Assembly: GCA_964036045.1 (NCBI GenBank)
Contig: OZ038379.1
Location: 31,310,001 to 31,374,000, forward strand
DNA length: 64,000 nt
Direction of reading: 5' to 3'
Origin: Eutreptiella sp. 'Long Island Sound 2002'
Taxonomy: Eukaryota; Protista; Euglenida
Position 1 is the first letter of the stretch; the number at the start of each line of letters is the position of its first letter. The translations under genes were made by a program, and so were the position numbers. Under the pieces are notes generated by a model. That model was given only the letters and a program-made list of their open reading frames with translations. It was not told the DNA's origin and did no database searches. Shown piece after piece: positions 37,201-50,243 of this stretch.

Positions 37201-38169
37201 CACGTTGGACGTTCTTCCTTTGTGAGGCTTGCACACGAATCTTCCGAGAACAGTTCGCATGTGTTCGGACGATTTAGGCTTGCGGATACTGCTACCAGCT
37301 AATTCTTTTGAAACGCACTTCAAACTTCAATGTTTCTTGTAGATGCAAAGCATGGTGCACTTTTTTGTCATTCACGTTTGTGAAGGCCGAGAATGCGCAC
37401 GTCATCACACTGTTTCTTTATAGTGGCATCCCGTATGCATTGAACAACCATCAAGGATCTCTTCCTTTTCACACTTGTCACCCATGCGAGCCTTGGCTGG
37501 TCATTGACGATTTGTTTTGCTTGTGCTTGACTATAAAAGCTCCGAACCTCATCAACTAGCCTTTGAGGTATTTGGATAATTACATTTTCTTGAAACAAAG
37601 TTCGTCACTATCCAAAGTTCTTTGGGGTGCGCGTGTGCACATGAAGAATTGTGCGCTAGCGGCGAAAGTTGCGATGGGAGGACAATGGTGGGAACAGAAG
37701 TGAGAAAAATTCCGTATCACCTTGGGTTTTGTGGCATGACGGAAAGGGCTACAGGCCAATCATTGGCGTCCCCGAGAGCCGTGGCATACCTCAACCCAAC
37801 AACCTTTATCTAATCTCAAGGGTACCGAACACGGCCAAAATTTGATTAATATTATTGGTCTTCGTCTAAACGGCAACCCATGTCGTGGCTCATCACAAGT
37901 GAGTGTTGTCGTTAGATTGATCAATGGCTAAGCGTTGAAGTCGAACATTTTGACTTGGTTTTCGCAGTGTCGTGCAATTGCAATTGCGGTATCTTTGGAA
38001 GTGGGTGATGGAAGCAATCGTGACACACCACGAAGAGCCACACATGTTTTGATGCACCTTTTTAGATCCTTCCTGCGCCTTTTGTGGCATCGTCTGCCCG
38101 TGACACGACAAGGCCTCGGAACAGAAGCCAAGCAACAGAACGTGCAAGGCGCGTGTTTGTGTTGTGTAC

Positions 38170-38897
38170 TCCCCCCGACAGTAGACCCATTTAGCAAATG
38201 ACTATTTAAGAGACCCACCCCCATTTCAGAGCCCCTTTGGAAAAAGTCGATAAGAGACCCACTTGGAAACATACACTTTAAGAGACCCACCTGCAAAAGG
38301 GGACAAAATTGAACCTTAACTAAAGTCCAAGCCCTAATGTGACAAGACAGCTGTAACCGGATGCTTCGACATTGAATGGTACGGGTATTGTCTCACACAC
38401 TCCAAGAAATGGGCCGTTAATTGACATAGCCTTGGTGAACATGTTGTGGGACAACACAAAGTGTCCTGCTTCTTCCGGATTTACATCTTGTTGTGGCTCA
38501 CATTGCTCCATAATGGTGGTCAACACAATATGTTGCAGTAACATATTAAAAACCCGGGGGGGAAACCACATGAAAAACTAACAAAAGATGATTCTCAAAT
38601 TTTTGATTTGAAATTTGAAAAAATGCTTCATCTAATGTGTTGCATGTAGTAATGCTGATGTCATGATGCCACCAAATGATGTTGTCATCACCCACAAAGC
38701 GAATTTTTCAGTAAAAAAATGAAAATCAACAGAAGTGGGCTCGGTGCGTACAGCTTGTTTCGGCGGGTCCAAAAAGAGGTCACAACGTGTCCCAGAATTC
38801 AAATATAAGAGACCCACTTGGAAAAGTACACTTTTAGAGACCCAGACCTTTGGCTCCGGTGAAAAAATTCAGAGACCCGGGTCTACTGTCCGGGGGA
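38170..38897. mobile_element. MITE-like element with ~19-bp TIRs and subterminal AGAGACCC repeats
   Basis: tccccc(c/g)gacagtagaccc at 38170-38188, inverted at 38879-38897. agagaccc recurs near both ends (~38209-38290 and 38808-38878). No clean TSD. Confidence 0.65.
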
Positions 38898-39230
38898 CTT
38901 GAGTAGCCATCCTCCACGTCGACGTCCTACATGCACGATTTCAAGGAAGGGGCGGTTAGGGACACCATGCGTTGCGATACCATCGTTGCTTTAGATTGGG
39001 CGAATCAAGGCATCAACCGCATCTCGCATGTGGACGACCATGGAGGTAAGGCGTTAAGAACCGTGCTTTTTTCAGGATAATTGTTAGATGACGGAAGAAG
39101 GCCTGCGAGAAAAGCGACGAAATATCAAGGATGGAAAATCTTGGAAATTGGAGATGTTGTTTGGACATGAGCCAAAGAACTCAAGCGGTACGGGCGAGGC
39201 TCACCGCACCGTTTTCTTCAATTTTTAGGA

Positions 39231-42200
39231 ATGTGGAGCCTTGTGGTTCTATCTTGGTTGTTTTGCACGTACGGGGGTGAAACCACCCCGGCATCGAGCC
39301 CCGTCGTGCCTGGCGTGCCCCCGTTGCAGCGCTCCAATTACCAGGGCCCGCAATTTGAGTGTGATCGCTCGGCTCGTGTCATGCCCATCGAACATGTAAA
39401 CGATGACTACTGCGATTGTGCGGACGGTTCCGACGAGCCGGGCACCAGCGCGTGCAGCGGGAGTAGTACTCCGTTTTGGTGCGCCAATGTGGGGCACAAG
39501 GCAACCACCATCCCAAGCTCGCGCGTGCGTGACGGAATTTGCGACTGCTGCGACGGGTCCGATGAGGTTGGGAAGACTGGGGAAGGGCCGTGCCACGACG
39601 CTTGTGCAAAGGAGGCGCAAGAAGCGGCGCGACTTCGGGAGGAGAAGGCTGAGCGCATCCAAAGGGCAAAGGGCGCGCGACTGGAAGCTATGGCCATCGG
39701 GAGGGAGGCCCGTGCCCAGCGGCAAGCGCGAGTGGACCAACTAACACGCGAAATCGCGGAGCGCGAAACCACGCTAGAGACCGTTCTTGCCCAGAAGGAG
39801 CACGAGGAGGAGCTGGAGCGACACGAGCGCGCGCAGCAGCGGGACGAGGCCGCGCGGCAGTTTAGTATTGCCGTGCTTCCGCACTTGAACGCTCTGCCGC
39901 CGGACCATCTCCGGGATATCATTGTGTCGCTTTGCGCCAAAGACCCCTCTGTCGCAACCAAGTTGGCAACACAGGCATTGAAGGCGCCTTTGGACGGGCA
40001 AGTCACGCTCAATCATTCGGAAGTGGAGTCCATTGCCGGTGACTTGCACCACCTCCTGAAACCAGAGGACCGCGAGCCAGAGGAAGTGCACTACGATGAC
40101 GATGACGATGACGATGACGAAGATTCTGGAAGTTACGAGCACGACGACGACCACTATGACTCCGAATACCCCTCGGAATACGACCCAGAGTACGACTCCG
40201 AGTTTGCCTCCGAGTACGACCACGATTACGATGGTTCCGAGTACGACCAGTACAACCCCGAGCACAATCCTGACCACGAGTTTGTGCCAGAAGATGTGTT
40301 AGCTGGACCACGAGAACCGGTGAGCTTTCCCCATTCTCCCATTGAGCCCATTCATGGGATCGCTGAGTTAGCCATACGTTGAAGGAAAGTTTGTCCCCCG
40401 AAAGGATTGAAAGGACTGAAGCAAATGTTCGGTGCCAATTGAACGGCAATCAGAGACTGGATAACAGGTGGTGTGCTGGTGTTGAGACCGGCATTCTTCA
40501 GTCAACGGTGTGCAGAATGGTACCCGGGCTGCATTCAGATCCGTCCCGTGCTGCAGTCGCGTGTTTACGCCACATGGCTGTTTGCATGCCCTCCCAAAGG
40601 TACTGCGCTCAGGGTAGTCCGATCGCCACCGGAATTCAGAACAACCCAATCACCTACAGGCTGTCTGAACACCGCCCTGCTGGGGAAGGGGTCGTCACCG
40701 GACCGACTGATAGTTACACTGCAACGACACTGCACTACACCAACGGTTTCCTGCCTGCCCACCAAGGTCATAACCGATGGTGGCCTAACCTGATACCTGC
40801 ACCTGCACCAGTGCTGTGGGTGCAGTGGGCCCCGTTGCCTTCTTTCATGCCCTTCTGCATTTGGAGGATGGGCAATCACAGTACATCAAGGCCCCTATCC
40901 CCCGTTGCCGTCAGTGCATGGTATGCATAGCACGCATGGCCAGTTTGTGTGCAGAGGGGCAGGGGCCCATCAAGCTCTCTGCCTGGTCTGGTATGGCGGG
41001 TAACGGATGGCGGTTGGGGTACTGGTATGGCGGGGTAACAGATAGCGGTTGGGGGTAACCGACGGCAGTTGGGGGGTAACCGACGGGGATTGGAGGGTGA
41101 CTGTGCACATTCTATTTTGTAAGTGACATATATCCCATCCCACCCCTGCGGACGGCCGGGGATAGATGGCCAAGTGTTGACAGGCCCGCGGACGCATGGA
41201 CACACACTCCTTTTCACGAAGCGCCAGGCAAACGGATGGGTAGACAGACCAACAGACAGACGGATGGAAAGACAAAGTGATGATATTAATGATGGCGGGA
41301 TTTTGACAGACCTACAGCCCTGGGCTGGGCTGGGCTGGGATCCCCTTTTTTGCAAATGCTCCGAAGCTGATTCGATTTGCACGATTGTCTGCTTGGTTGC
41401 GTTGGGACACTCGCATCATCAAGTGCAGACGGGCTTGCGGCACCCGCATCATTTCTGCACATCAGGACCCTGTGGGTGAAGACGGGTGGATGGCCTGGGG
41501 CTGTGACGCGGTGGTCGTCACGCGGGCAGCGTGGATAACGACCAGTAAGACGGGCGAGACCGAACGGTCATGCAAGGCTTTGTGCCTTGAAAATGAGGAG
41601 TGTAACAGCATCAACTTCCGGGGAGACGTAGGAGAATGTGCGCTTTGGCACGCCCATGAACCCCGGCAGCCTGAGGTGACGCGTGAAGGGTACGCAGGGT
41701 GGTGCACGTGGTCCTTGCCACCCACTGACTTTGACGGATTTGACGAATTTGAGGAGGGCCATGTCGAGCACGGCCCCGATGGCGATGCAGAAGCTCGCGA
41801 CGGCAAAGATGAGGGCGGTCGTGCAGGTCTGGAACCCGAAGCCAACCCCGAAGGCAGCGATTTAAGGGCGGACGAGGAGGGAGCGCCCGCTCCCAGTGCG
41901 CCCGGCGACGGCCAGGACGACTCTGATGTGCCGCGCCACGAAGGGGACATGCCAGCCGGCGATGCGGCGGTGCCATTGGGGTCGGAATTGGAACGTCAGG
42001 CCACCGAAGGCAAGCAGCGGCTGGTGGAAGCGCTGCATTTGGAAAAGGTGTCGGGGGAGGAGCTTGCGCCCCTGGCGCTGGCGCTGGCACGCAACGCGTC
42101 CCGGTACGCTGCGCTCTTGCGGCTGATGGCGCAGGAGATCCCGGTGCAGGTTTCTTCCCTCTGTGGCCCTACGCTACTAGACCCTGTTGCCTACCTCCCC

Positions 42201-43489
42201 CTGCCTCTGAGGCTTGCAGGGGACGAATGAGCCTGAAGCGGGTGGTAAGCCCCATGATCCTTGGGCACCATCCGTTGGCCTGTGCTTCGGTGACAAAGGG
42301 CCAGTGCGTGTTGTGCATATCGGATGCGTATTGGATGTGCTTCGGTTGCTTTTGGTGCTGTCCGCATACGACTGCCACCCTTCTTCTGGCTGGGGAAGCT
42401 GGCGGGGCGAGGGGCGACTCTCTGGGGGGGATGGGGGTGCAGGGTGGGGGGACGCGGGCAGCTTTGTAAGATCCCGTCGCTCTGCCGCTTTCGAGGGACT
42501 TGTATGCTGCATGAACGAGCAGCAAGCCTTTGCTTTAGGTGAGTCCCATCCCACGAGACGCATTCGGGGGGGGGGTCCACAGCCTTGAAGACGGGAACCC
42601 CAAGCCCTCAGCAAGTGCCTTAAGTGCAGCAGCACAGGCATTGTGAAACGAAAACGCAGTCCGTCGTGTGGACACCAGAGGCTGGGCCCAGAACAGTTTT
42701 GCACACGCCGGCAGTCTTCAATCTATGGATCAATACCCGACACGCCAGAGTCTGGAATGGGTCTGCCGTGGTCGCGAAGCATGAAGGCAAGTTGCAGGTG
42801 CAGAGCCAAGGCGGGGCCAACGTAGGCGCGGCAAAGGCAGCGGCAGGCACCTCAGGGCAGGGGGCGGCAACCAGGGGATACAAGCAGCAGAAGGGGCGAC
42901 GAGTAGCAAGACAGGGACTAAGAGGACGGGCGTACAACGAAGCGTGCGCAGCAGTGGAGAGTCCCTGGGATGTGAACAGTTGACCGCAGCCCTCCTTTTG
43001 CCCCCACCCCCTCTGCAGGCCCCAGAGCAGGTTCGGCACACGAGGCCGGAGGCAGAGGCGGCGCGGTCGGCGCAGAAGGAGGCGCAGCGGACCAAGCGCG
43101 ACCTCGACAAACAGCTGCGGGACGTCCGTGAGGAGGCCGAGCTGGACTTCGGCCCAGAGGACGAGTTCTACCGAATGAAGGGCCGGTGCTTCACGCGGGA
43201 TTCGGGGGGCGAGACGTACCACCTGTGCCCGTTCGGTGAGTCTCGGCAGGGCCACCGTTCCATCGGCCGGTGGGAGGGCTGGGTGGCTCAGACCGAGTGG
43301 CACTCCAAGTACCGCATGATGCGGTTCACGGGTGGAGACTCGTTGGGCTGTCCACAGCCGCGGGCGCTGGACGTGCAAGTGGACTGCGGGGTGGAGGAGC
43401 AGATCGTCAGAGTCGAGGAGCTGGAGATGTGCAAGTACTCGATGTTGTTTCTGTGCCCGGCCGCGTGCACCGACGATCTGCTGCAGTGA
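39231..43489 (+). CDS. PRKCSH: Glucosidase II beta subunit (PRKCSH/GTB1-like), 3 exons, ~747 aa
   Basis: Exons 39231-40319, 41466-42149 (alternative donor 42143) and 43019-43489; GT-AG, all phase 0. Signal peptide; N-terminal NDDYCDCADGSDEPGTSAC and DGICDCCDGSDE; coiled coil; D/E/Y-rich tract; C-terminal MRH (FGPEDEFY..KGRCF..YHLCPF..Q..IGRWEGW...R..V.VDCG...E..MCKY..CPAAC). Confidence 0.92.
41005..41095 (+). repeat. Short GC-rich minisatellite in PRKCSH intron 1
   Basis: ggggtaac(c/a/g)ga(c/t)ggc(a/g)gttggg repeated about 4 times. Confidence 0.7.
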
Positions 43490-44591
43490 AACGGGCGAGA
43501 CGGCGACGGCGCGACAGGGCAGGCCCCGTAAGCTGGGCAACTCAAGGGTGATTGAGTGACAGGCTGGATGGGGGGCAGCGAAGGCTGGCAAGAGATGAAA
43601 GAAGTGCACGTACTTGAAATTGTTCTGCTGCGTGCGACAACCAGCGATGTGCTTAGTGGTTAGCCTACCCGAGAGGGGGGGGAGGGGGTATTTGGGAAAT
43701 TCTGAGTGGGTGGGTATTGGAAGACCCGCCCATGGGGCAGGTTCATTGTGAAGGGTTTGAACCGCGCCAAAGGCGCCGGAAGCCTAAATTTTCCATATCT
43801 TGCTTTTGGCTCAGGTTGGGTGATGGGTGAGTCCCCAACAGCCCCCCCTGCCCAGGGCCTCCTTCCTGCTCCATTCCGCGCCGGTCCCTGCAAAGTGGTC
43901 CCCGCCCTGCGGACACTTTGCACGGGCCCATAGCGCCAGCAGCGTCCCTGACCCCCATATTGGCCCACAGTCGCGCACCGCTGTCCGCACCGCGCGCACT
44001 GCTGTCCAGCCTAGTCTTGTGCTCATGGTGCTGCCCCTGACCCTCGGAGGCCTTGTCCTCCGGCGGCGCAGCCCCCCCATTGACGTCCATTACCCCGCAG
44101 CACTCTGCCACAGTGGACCATGGCATCAGAAGAGGCGTTGGACGCGCACGACGAACTGCAGGCATAAAGCTATTGTTACACCTACCACAGGGGTACCCTA
44201 TCAGGCCCGATGTCTTTGCAGATTTGTAACCCCACCCTCCCTCCCTCCTCAATCATGTTATTTCTGGCCCCTACCCCCTGCTACCCCTCCTGGCTGGTGT
44301 ATACACCAACATGCTGGCGCCCAGAGCGCATATACACAGCGGCTGCTGTTCAGGGCAACCGTCATCGTGATGCCCTGCTGATGGGCCAGCACACTGATAC
44401 CCAGATTCGTGGCGTGCCCTGCGCCTCTCTTCCCTGCCCCACCTTGTATTAGGCGGCGACAGCAACGGCATAGACGCGACAGCTCGGGGGTTTTGAGTAG
44501 AGCCCCTCCCCTTTGGCTTGTGCCAAGTGAGACACCTCGGTCCTCCCCTGCTGTGGTGCATTCCCCCCACCATGTGCGTCCCCCGCATGAC

Positions 44592-44791
44592 NNNNNNNNN
44601 NNNNNNNNNNNNNNNNNNNNNNNNNNNNNNNNNNNNNNNNNNNNNNNNNNNNNNNNNNNNNNNNNNNNNNNNNNNNNNNNNNNNNNNNNNNNNNNNNNNN
44701 NNNNNNNNNNNNNNNNNNNNNNNNNNNNNNNNNNNNNNNNNNNNNNNNNNNNNNNNNNNNNNNNNNNNNNNNNNNNNNNNNNNNNNNNNNN
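44592..44791. other. Assembly gap (200 N)
   Basis: Run of N characters. Confidence 1.
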
Positions 44792-45329
44792 CCGATTTTG
44801 TGTATTTGTTCGTTAACATATGCCCTCCCCAAATCCAGAGTCTGAGCCAAAAAAGCAACAATGGCAGTCCAGGGGGTAGGAGCCAAGTTGGGTAGGTTGA
44901 GTTCAGTCCAATTGAGATCTTCAAGGGATGCCCAATTCTAATGAGAACACCTGAAAAAGTTATGTAGCAGAGGTGCTGCTAACCGACTGTGGGAAACAGT
45001 TAATCGACGGCAGTTGACAGCTCAACATGGCACCGCATTCCGTTGGTTTGGATGTACTAGAGACCAACACAATTTGTTATCCCCCCTCTCCCCCCCACAC
45101 ACATTGATAACAACCCTGTATAATGGGGCTCTGCATTTCTGCCAACGAGGGAGCGTTAGCATGCCGGGCGCGCGCCGGGCATCTTTTTTGACCTGTGTCC
45201 CACCGGTGACCTTTTAGGGGGTGAACTAAGGGGGTGCACTTAGTGCAGTGCAACTATTTGGGCGTCTGGCCATACTAGAGACCCATACTTTGAGATACCA
45301 GGGGCATCATTGTTACCCCTAGCGTAGGT

Positions 45330-45500
45330 TTTGACTTCTGATTTTGCCACCCCTTTGTTTGGGGACCCCCGAGAATGCATGGGTGACGTCGCATTTCCAC
45401 CCTCTTTTGGGCCCCCGAGAAGGTAAGGGTGAGGCAGCCAATTCTGATTTTGTCCCCCTTTTTTTTGGGACCCCCGAGAATGCAGTGGTGGCGTAGCATT
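45330..45500 (-). repeat. Diverged relative of the 86-bp satellite family, reverse orientation
   Basis: Reverse complement contains ctcgggggtccc...gggggacaaaatcagaa(t/g)t(g/c), shared with the arrays. Confidence 0.55.
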
Positions 45501-48339
45501 TCCGCCCTCTTTTGCTGTTGATATGTTGGGCAGCATTATATGGATTTGCCCCTTGGCCCCCGGGACATCAGCTGATGTTTCTATTTGGGATGGGTATGGA
45601 CCTTCTCGTACCCGAGGTGATTTCTTTGATTTCCAAGTTGGGGGCCATGATGGTGCTTATAAGGGCCGGATTCATGTCATTGTGCCATTCATTGGAAGAA
45701 AGAATGGCACTTTGATAGCCCGCCAACAAACTTGCAATGACGTGCACGGGTGGTATAGGGCACGCATTGAGCAGCTGTTTGCTTGGTTGTGGCATTGGGG
45801 TTTGGTTAGGAACATCTAGGGCGGCGGCCCCAATGAGTTGCACCAGTCAGTCCGTATTTTGTTGCATTTTACGCAATTTTGCATTTGCAGGCAAGTCCGT
45901 CACCACCCCCCCCCCCCTCCCCTATGGACCATGGGACCATGTCCCGCCTCATGTTTGGACTGACCAAAGCAACTCGGCCGCCACGCAAGATGAGGCAGAG
46001 GATGAGGCACAAGTGTGTGTGTGTTGTGCTGTCAGAAGCGCTCCACCGTCACAGTTTGTGATGAGTGTAAGGAGCACTATTGTGCTGAATGTATTGACAC
46101 CCACAATTGTGGGAGCAATGTTGTTTGTTAAGTACAATACAAATGACAGTTGGAGTGGTTGACTTCACAGCTATTGCTTTATTATGCAACGTGCTTTGTA
46201 GGGAAGGTGTGCAATGCAACGTGGTCTACTCGGGGGCCTTATCCATGAGAGGGTAAATCTGGGGCTGAAGTGGGGATAGTTAATAGAAAAGTAGCGCGCC
46301 AGGCACGCACCGGGCAAACATTCCCCCAGAGGGATGAGGAAGGCATCCGATTCTGATGTACACAACACCACACACAACATGCAGCACAACGTTTTTAACT
46401 GCGGTGTTTCTCTGACCTGCACTCGGAACCTCCTGCCTTCCCCTGGCACCACGGGACACTGCCAAAGCATGCAGAGAACTTGCAAGCTTGCCTGCCATGC
46501 CATCAGCTGCCACACAGGCCACCTTGTCCGAGCATCATGTCTTCGGATCGGATCACGGGGATCTGTGAGTGATCAGTGCCCAGATTTGTGCCCTCACAGG
46601 TGCGTGCATGGCATTGCGCCTAGGTTTGAGCCTGAATAGAAGCAGCACGTCTTGTGAATGGGTGTGCATTGATTTGTGCATGGTGGCAGGGTGATCTGCA
46701 TGACCCTGGTTCACCACATGAGCGGCAGCCATCGCCTCACCGTGGCTGCCTGGGGCTCGCCGCGGTCCAATTTCTGCACAACACATGCACCATGGGCGCG
46801 TCCTGTCCAGTGCTCCCCCATACTGCCAAAACAATCAACAAGACTCTCTGTGCGTTTTCTACTTTCTTGCGCACTGTACCTGGGCGCCTACATTACCAAT
46901 TCATTTGAAAGTTTAATCTCCCAGCGCGCCAGCACGTCCAGAACCAGGTTTGAAGATGTGAAAGTGGTGCTCCAGAATTGAAACTGCATTACTGGGTTCT
47001 GCAATGGCCACATAGCCATCCCCGCTGGTGCCTCCACCGAGGGCCTCTTGGATACAGCATGTAATGCGGAGGGCATGGAAAGACACTAAGAAACAGCAAC
47101 TGCACACATGCTCAGCAGCTTGGCCATGCTAATGTGGAGTCAGGCAATATTGCATTGCAAAAAATTAGGAAGGTCCACATATCTACAAAACACAAGCACA
47201 ATGCAAAAAGCCATGCGAACCGTTTGGGGAGGTGGGTATGCATAGCAAATTTGTGCGGGTCTGAACCACAGCCTGGACTCTGTTGTGGTTCGGCTCTTTT
47301 CATGCATGGGACATGGGACCGTTTTCCAGTGAAATAGTCTGCACGCTGTGCAGGCACAGTGCAAAGTGACCCCCCCCCAGTGTGCTGTGGTGCCACGTCT
47401 GCTATGACACCCTGGCGAGCCTTGCTTTTTGCAGTAACGATAGGCCACCAAGTGTGACCCCGCTTCTCGTTGCATTTCACTGAGTGCAGATCGTACAAGA
47501 CCTGCCAGCACGTCTTGACACAGGTTTTCTGGGTTGCCATCATAGATACACCGCTTTCAAGGGTTCTTGTTGTAGTTGAAATGCAGGTGATATCCAGGAC
47601 ACAACAATAAGGCTTTTTTTTGCAAGTCCCTTCTAGTAGCCCCCCCCCCCCCTATGTCAATGGCCCGGGCTGTGTTTCTTCTTTCAAGAGGGGGGGGGGG
47701 CATTCACAAGGGGGTCCATGTTTTTTCTTTCGAAGGGGGGGGTCCATTTACATGCGCACGGGGGGATTGACTCGAATTCTCATCAAAAATCCAAAAAAAA
47801 CTCTTTGTGTACGCATTTTCTAGCATGTGCCATCCGTGTAAACGTGGTGGGGACCAATGCTTGGTACCTCTTGCATCTTTGTGGTGGTTGTGGAGCTCAC
47901 GTAGGCCACCTTTGTGCAAAATTTTCATGCTTTTACACAATTTTTCTTGTGGTGCTCGACATTTGTTTCCCATGCCTTTCCTTCTTCACACATACAAGCA
48001 CACAATAGCAAACATGAAGAACACACACAACTGCGACTTTTGAAACAATGATGGTTGAAACTGATGACCCCAGGCCTGCTTCAAAAAGTTTCAGCACCAT
48101 AGAGCAGGGGGGGGGGGGGGGGCATTGGCATGGGGGGTCCATTGGCATAGGGGGGGGGGGGGTACAAACGGGAACGGTGCTGGTGTAGAGTGTGCATCGA
48201 AAAGTGCAACTGAGTGGTATCCCCCGCACAAGCCAAGAAACAGAAGTTGGTAGGTGAAACAGAGGTATATGAGGCAGTTTTTCACACAAAGATGATGGCA
48301 GGTTGGGAGCACTGGAAACAAATCAGGCTCAAGAAAAAG

Positions 48340-48610
48340 AGTCCTTATGGAGCCATGGCCAACGCTTGTGCCACCATCATACGCCACCAAGGCACTGGTA
48401 TGGGGCCATTATAACATAGTTTCACATGGTGTCATTGGCAGTAGACACAAAATCAGGCCCAAGGAAAGAGTCCTTACACGGCCATGGCCAACATCCAATG
48501 TGCCAGCACTGGGAACAAAATTGGGCTCAAGAAAAACAGTCCTAATAGGGCCATGGCCAACACTAGTGCCACCACTATAGGCCACCAAGGCACTGGTATG
48601 GGGCCAATAT
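48340..48610 (+). repeat. Dispersed repeat with internal duplication; inverted partner at 51742-51837
   Basis: ggccatggccaac...gccaccaaggcactggtatggggcca occurs twice. 48411-48508 is the reverse complement of 51742-51837. Confidence 0.75.
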
Positions 48611-50243
48611 AATATCACGCTTATGTGCCCCACCATTGTTACACCATTTGGGCGCAGGGAAATTCGTCCCACAAAACATGCACCCGCCACAAGTAGTTGC
48701 GGAATGCACGCTTGTAGATCGAGTCCGTTTTTGTGTGCTGGACTTGGGCTTTGCACCAAGTTTGGGGTTAAATTGACAAGCGCCGCGCAACTCTGCTACT
48801 AGTTGCTTGGACAGGTCATTGATGAAAAGCCGTTCACACTCTAGACGGCCAGATGCATCTGTTGGGTAGCCATCCGGCACCTTGCGCCACTCTCCGCGGA
48901 TGAGGACCTTGGGACAGATGTCCTCCTTTTGGGAGTGGCCATGGAAAGTTGCGTCCTAGCCTCCGGGCTTTTGACGCTTTGCTTGGCGGAGGCCTCCTTG
49001 CCTTCGAGTGGGGTGGGGGTGGCCTGAACACTCTCCTTGATCGCCGAAAGTGCACCTTCAACTTGGGTGCTTGGGGGGGGGCGGGGGCTCAGGAGGGCAC
49101 GGAAGCTCGGTCACGCCCTCCACATCATCATTAGGCGCTTCAACGACCCACATAGTGTGATCAGCATTAACAATGCCGAGCACTTAGTCCACAAAACCGG
49201 GACCCATTGGGACAAGGGGCACAGCGAAAAAAGAACCTCGGTGATCCACCACCAGCTTTGGGATGTTCAAGCTTCCAAGGCCACAAGACCAACCGTGCTT
49301 TTGGAATCCCAAGGCGCGGTGCTTGGTGGTTAGCGAAAGCTTCTTCATGGCTGTCAAGAAAAAACGGATCAAATGAATGGAGCTTAGGGGTTCCCAAAAC
49401 CAAATAATGAAAAGCTCCAGCGGGACACGACAATCGAAGGCACACACAAACCAGTGCGCCCCTTGTTTGTCATCAGTATGAACCACAGAAATGTGGCGGC
49501 GGCACCAAGCCATGTTGTCCAGTGTTGTGCTGGGTTAAACTATCCGCATGCACTTGGATAGTCGTTTAATACATAGAACCGCTGGAGTCCACGCATGTGG
49601 TTCATCGATTTCCATGTGGCAGAGCTCTTGGTTCAGCCAACAAAAGATATCCGAGATATCCAAGATATATAAACTTTCCGAATGTATTTTGCGTAGCCCG
49701 CTTTACAAGGGGGTTGAGCGTCGCGACACCACACTGATGAGGAGCCCCCGGTGTCTTTGGTCATCAGTTTTTTCTTTTCCCACCTCTGCGGCTAGAAAAA
49801 TAAAGATCACTCGAGACGGAGTAGCCATCGCTTGGCCAAAGAAAATTATTGTGCTGTGTTACCGGGTGGCGGGTGGTGTGGCATCACAATCACACCCAAA
49901 ATTTGCTTCGCAGCAAACGTTGCCACCCGTACCCCACACTAGGGTATGTGGGGGGGGGCGGGATACAAGGTTGCGGCCAACAGCCCCCACTAGCATTTTT
50001 GCACCCGGGCTTGCTCAGCTGTGCTTCCGAACATACAGAAATACAACACTTACATGCCCATAACCAAAACAGCTGTCTTGGGTCAACCCCCAATATATAC
50101 ACCAAAACTGCATGTAGTGCTCCCTTCAATTTCCACATTTGAATCCCTTCCATGTACGTTGATGGTTGTGGGCGCGCCTTGGGGGTTGGGGTCTTGGGGG
50201 CAAACATAGTTGAAAATGATAAAAATCAATCCAAAGTGCGACA

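Noticed and set aside
36560-38150. hAT dimerisation domain or Tc1 DDE remnant (VSERT…RRERL; VIFIEE)
   Set aside because: Alternative frames are equally protein-like and the motifs are too degenerate; left as unclassified decayed sequence.
45880-47340. KDZ/Zisupton-type transposase fragments (CVHG; NAEGMER)
   Set aside because: Short matches in inconsistent frames; a spliced unknown gene or other repeat is equally possible.
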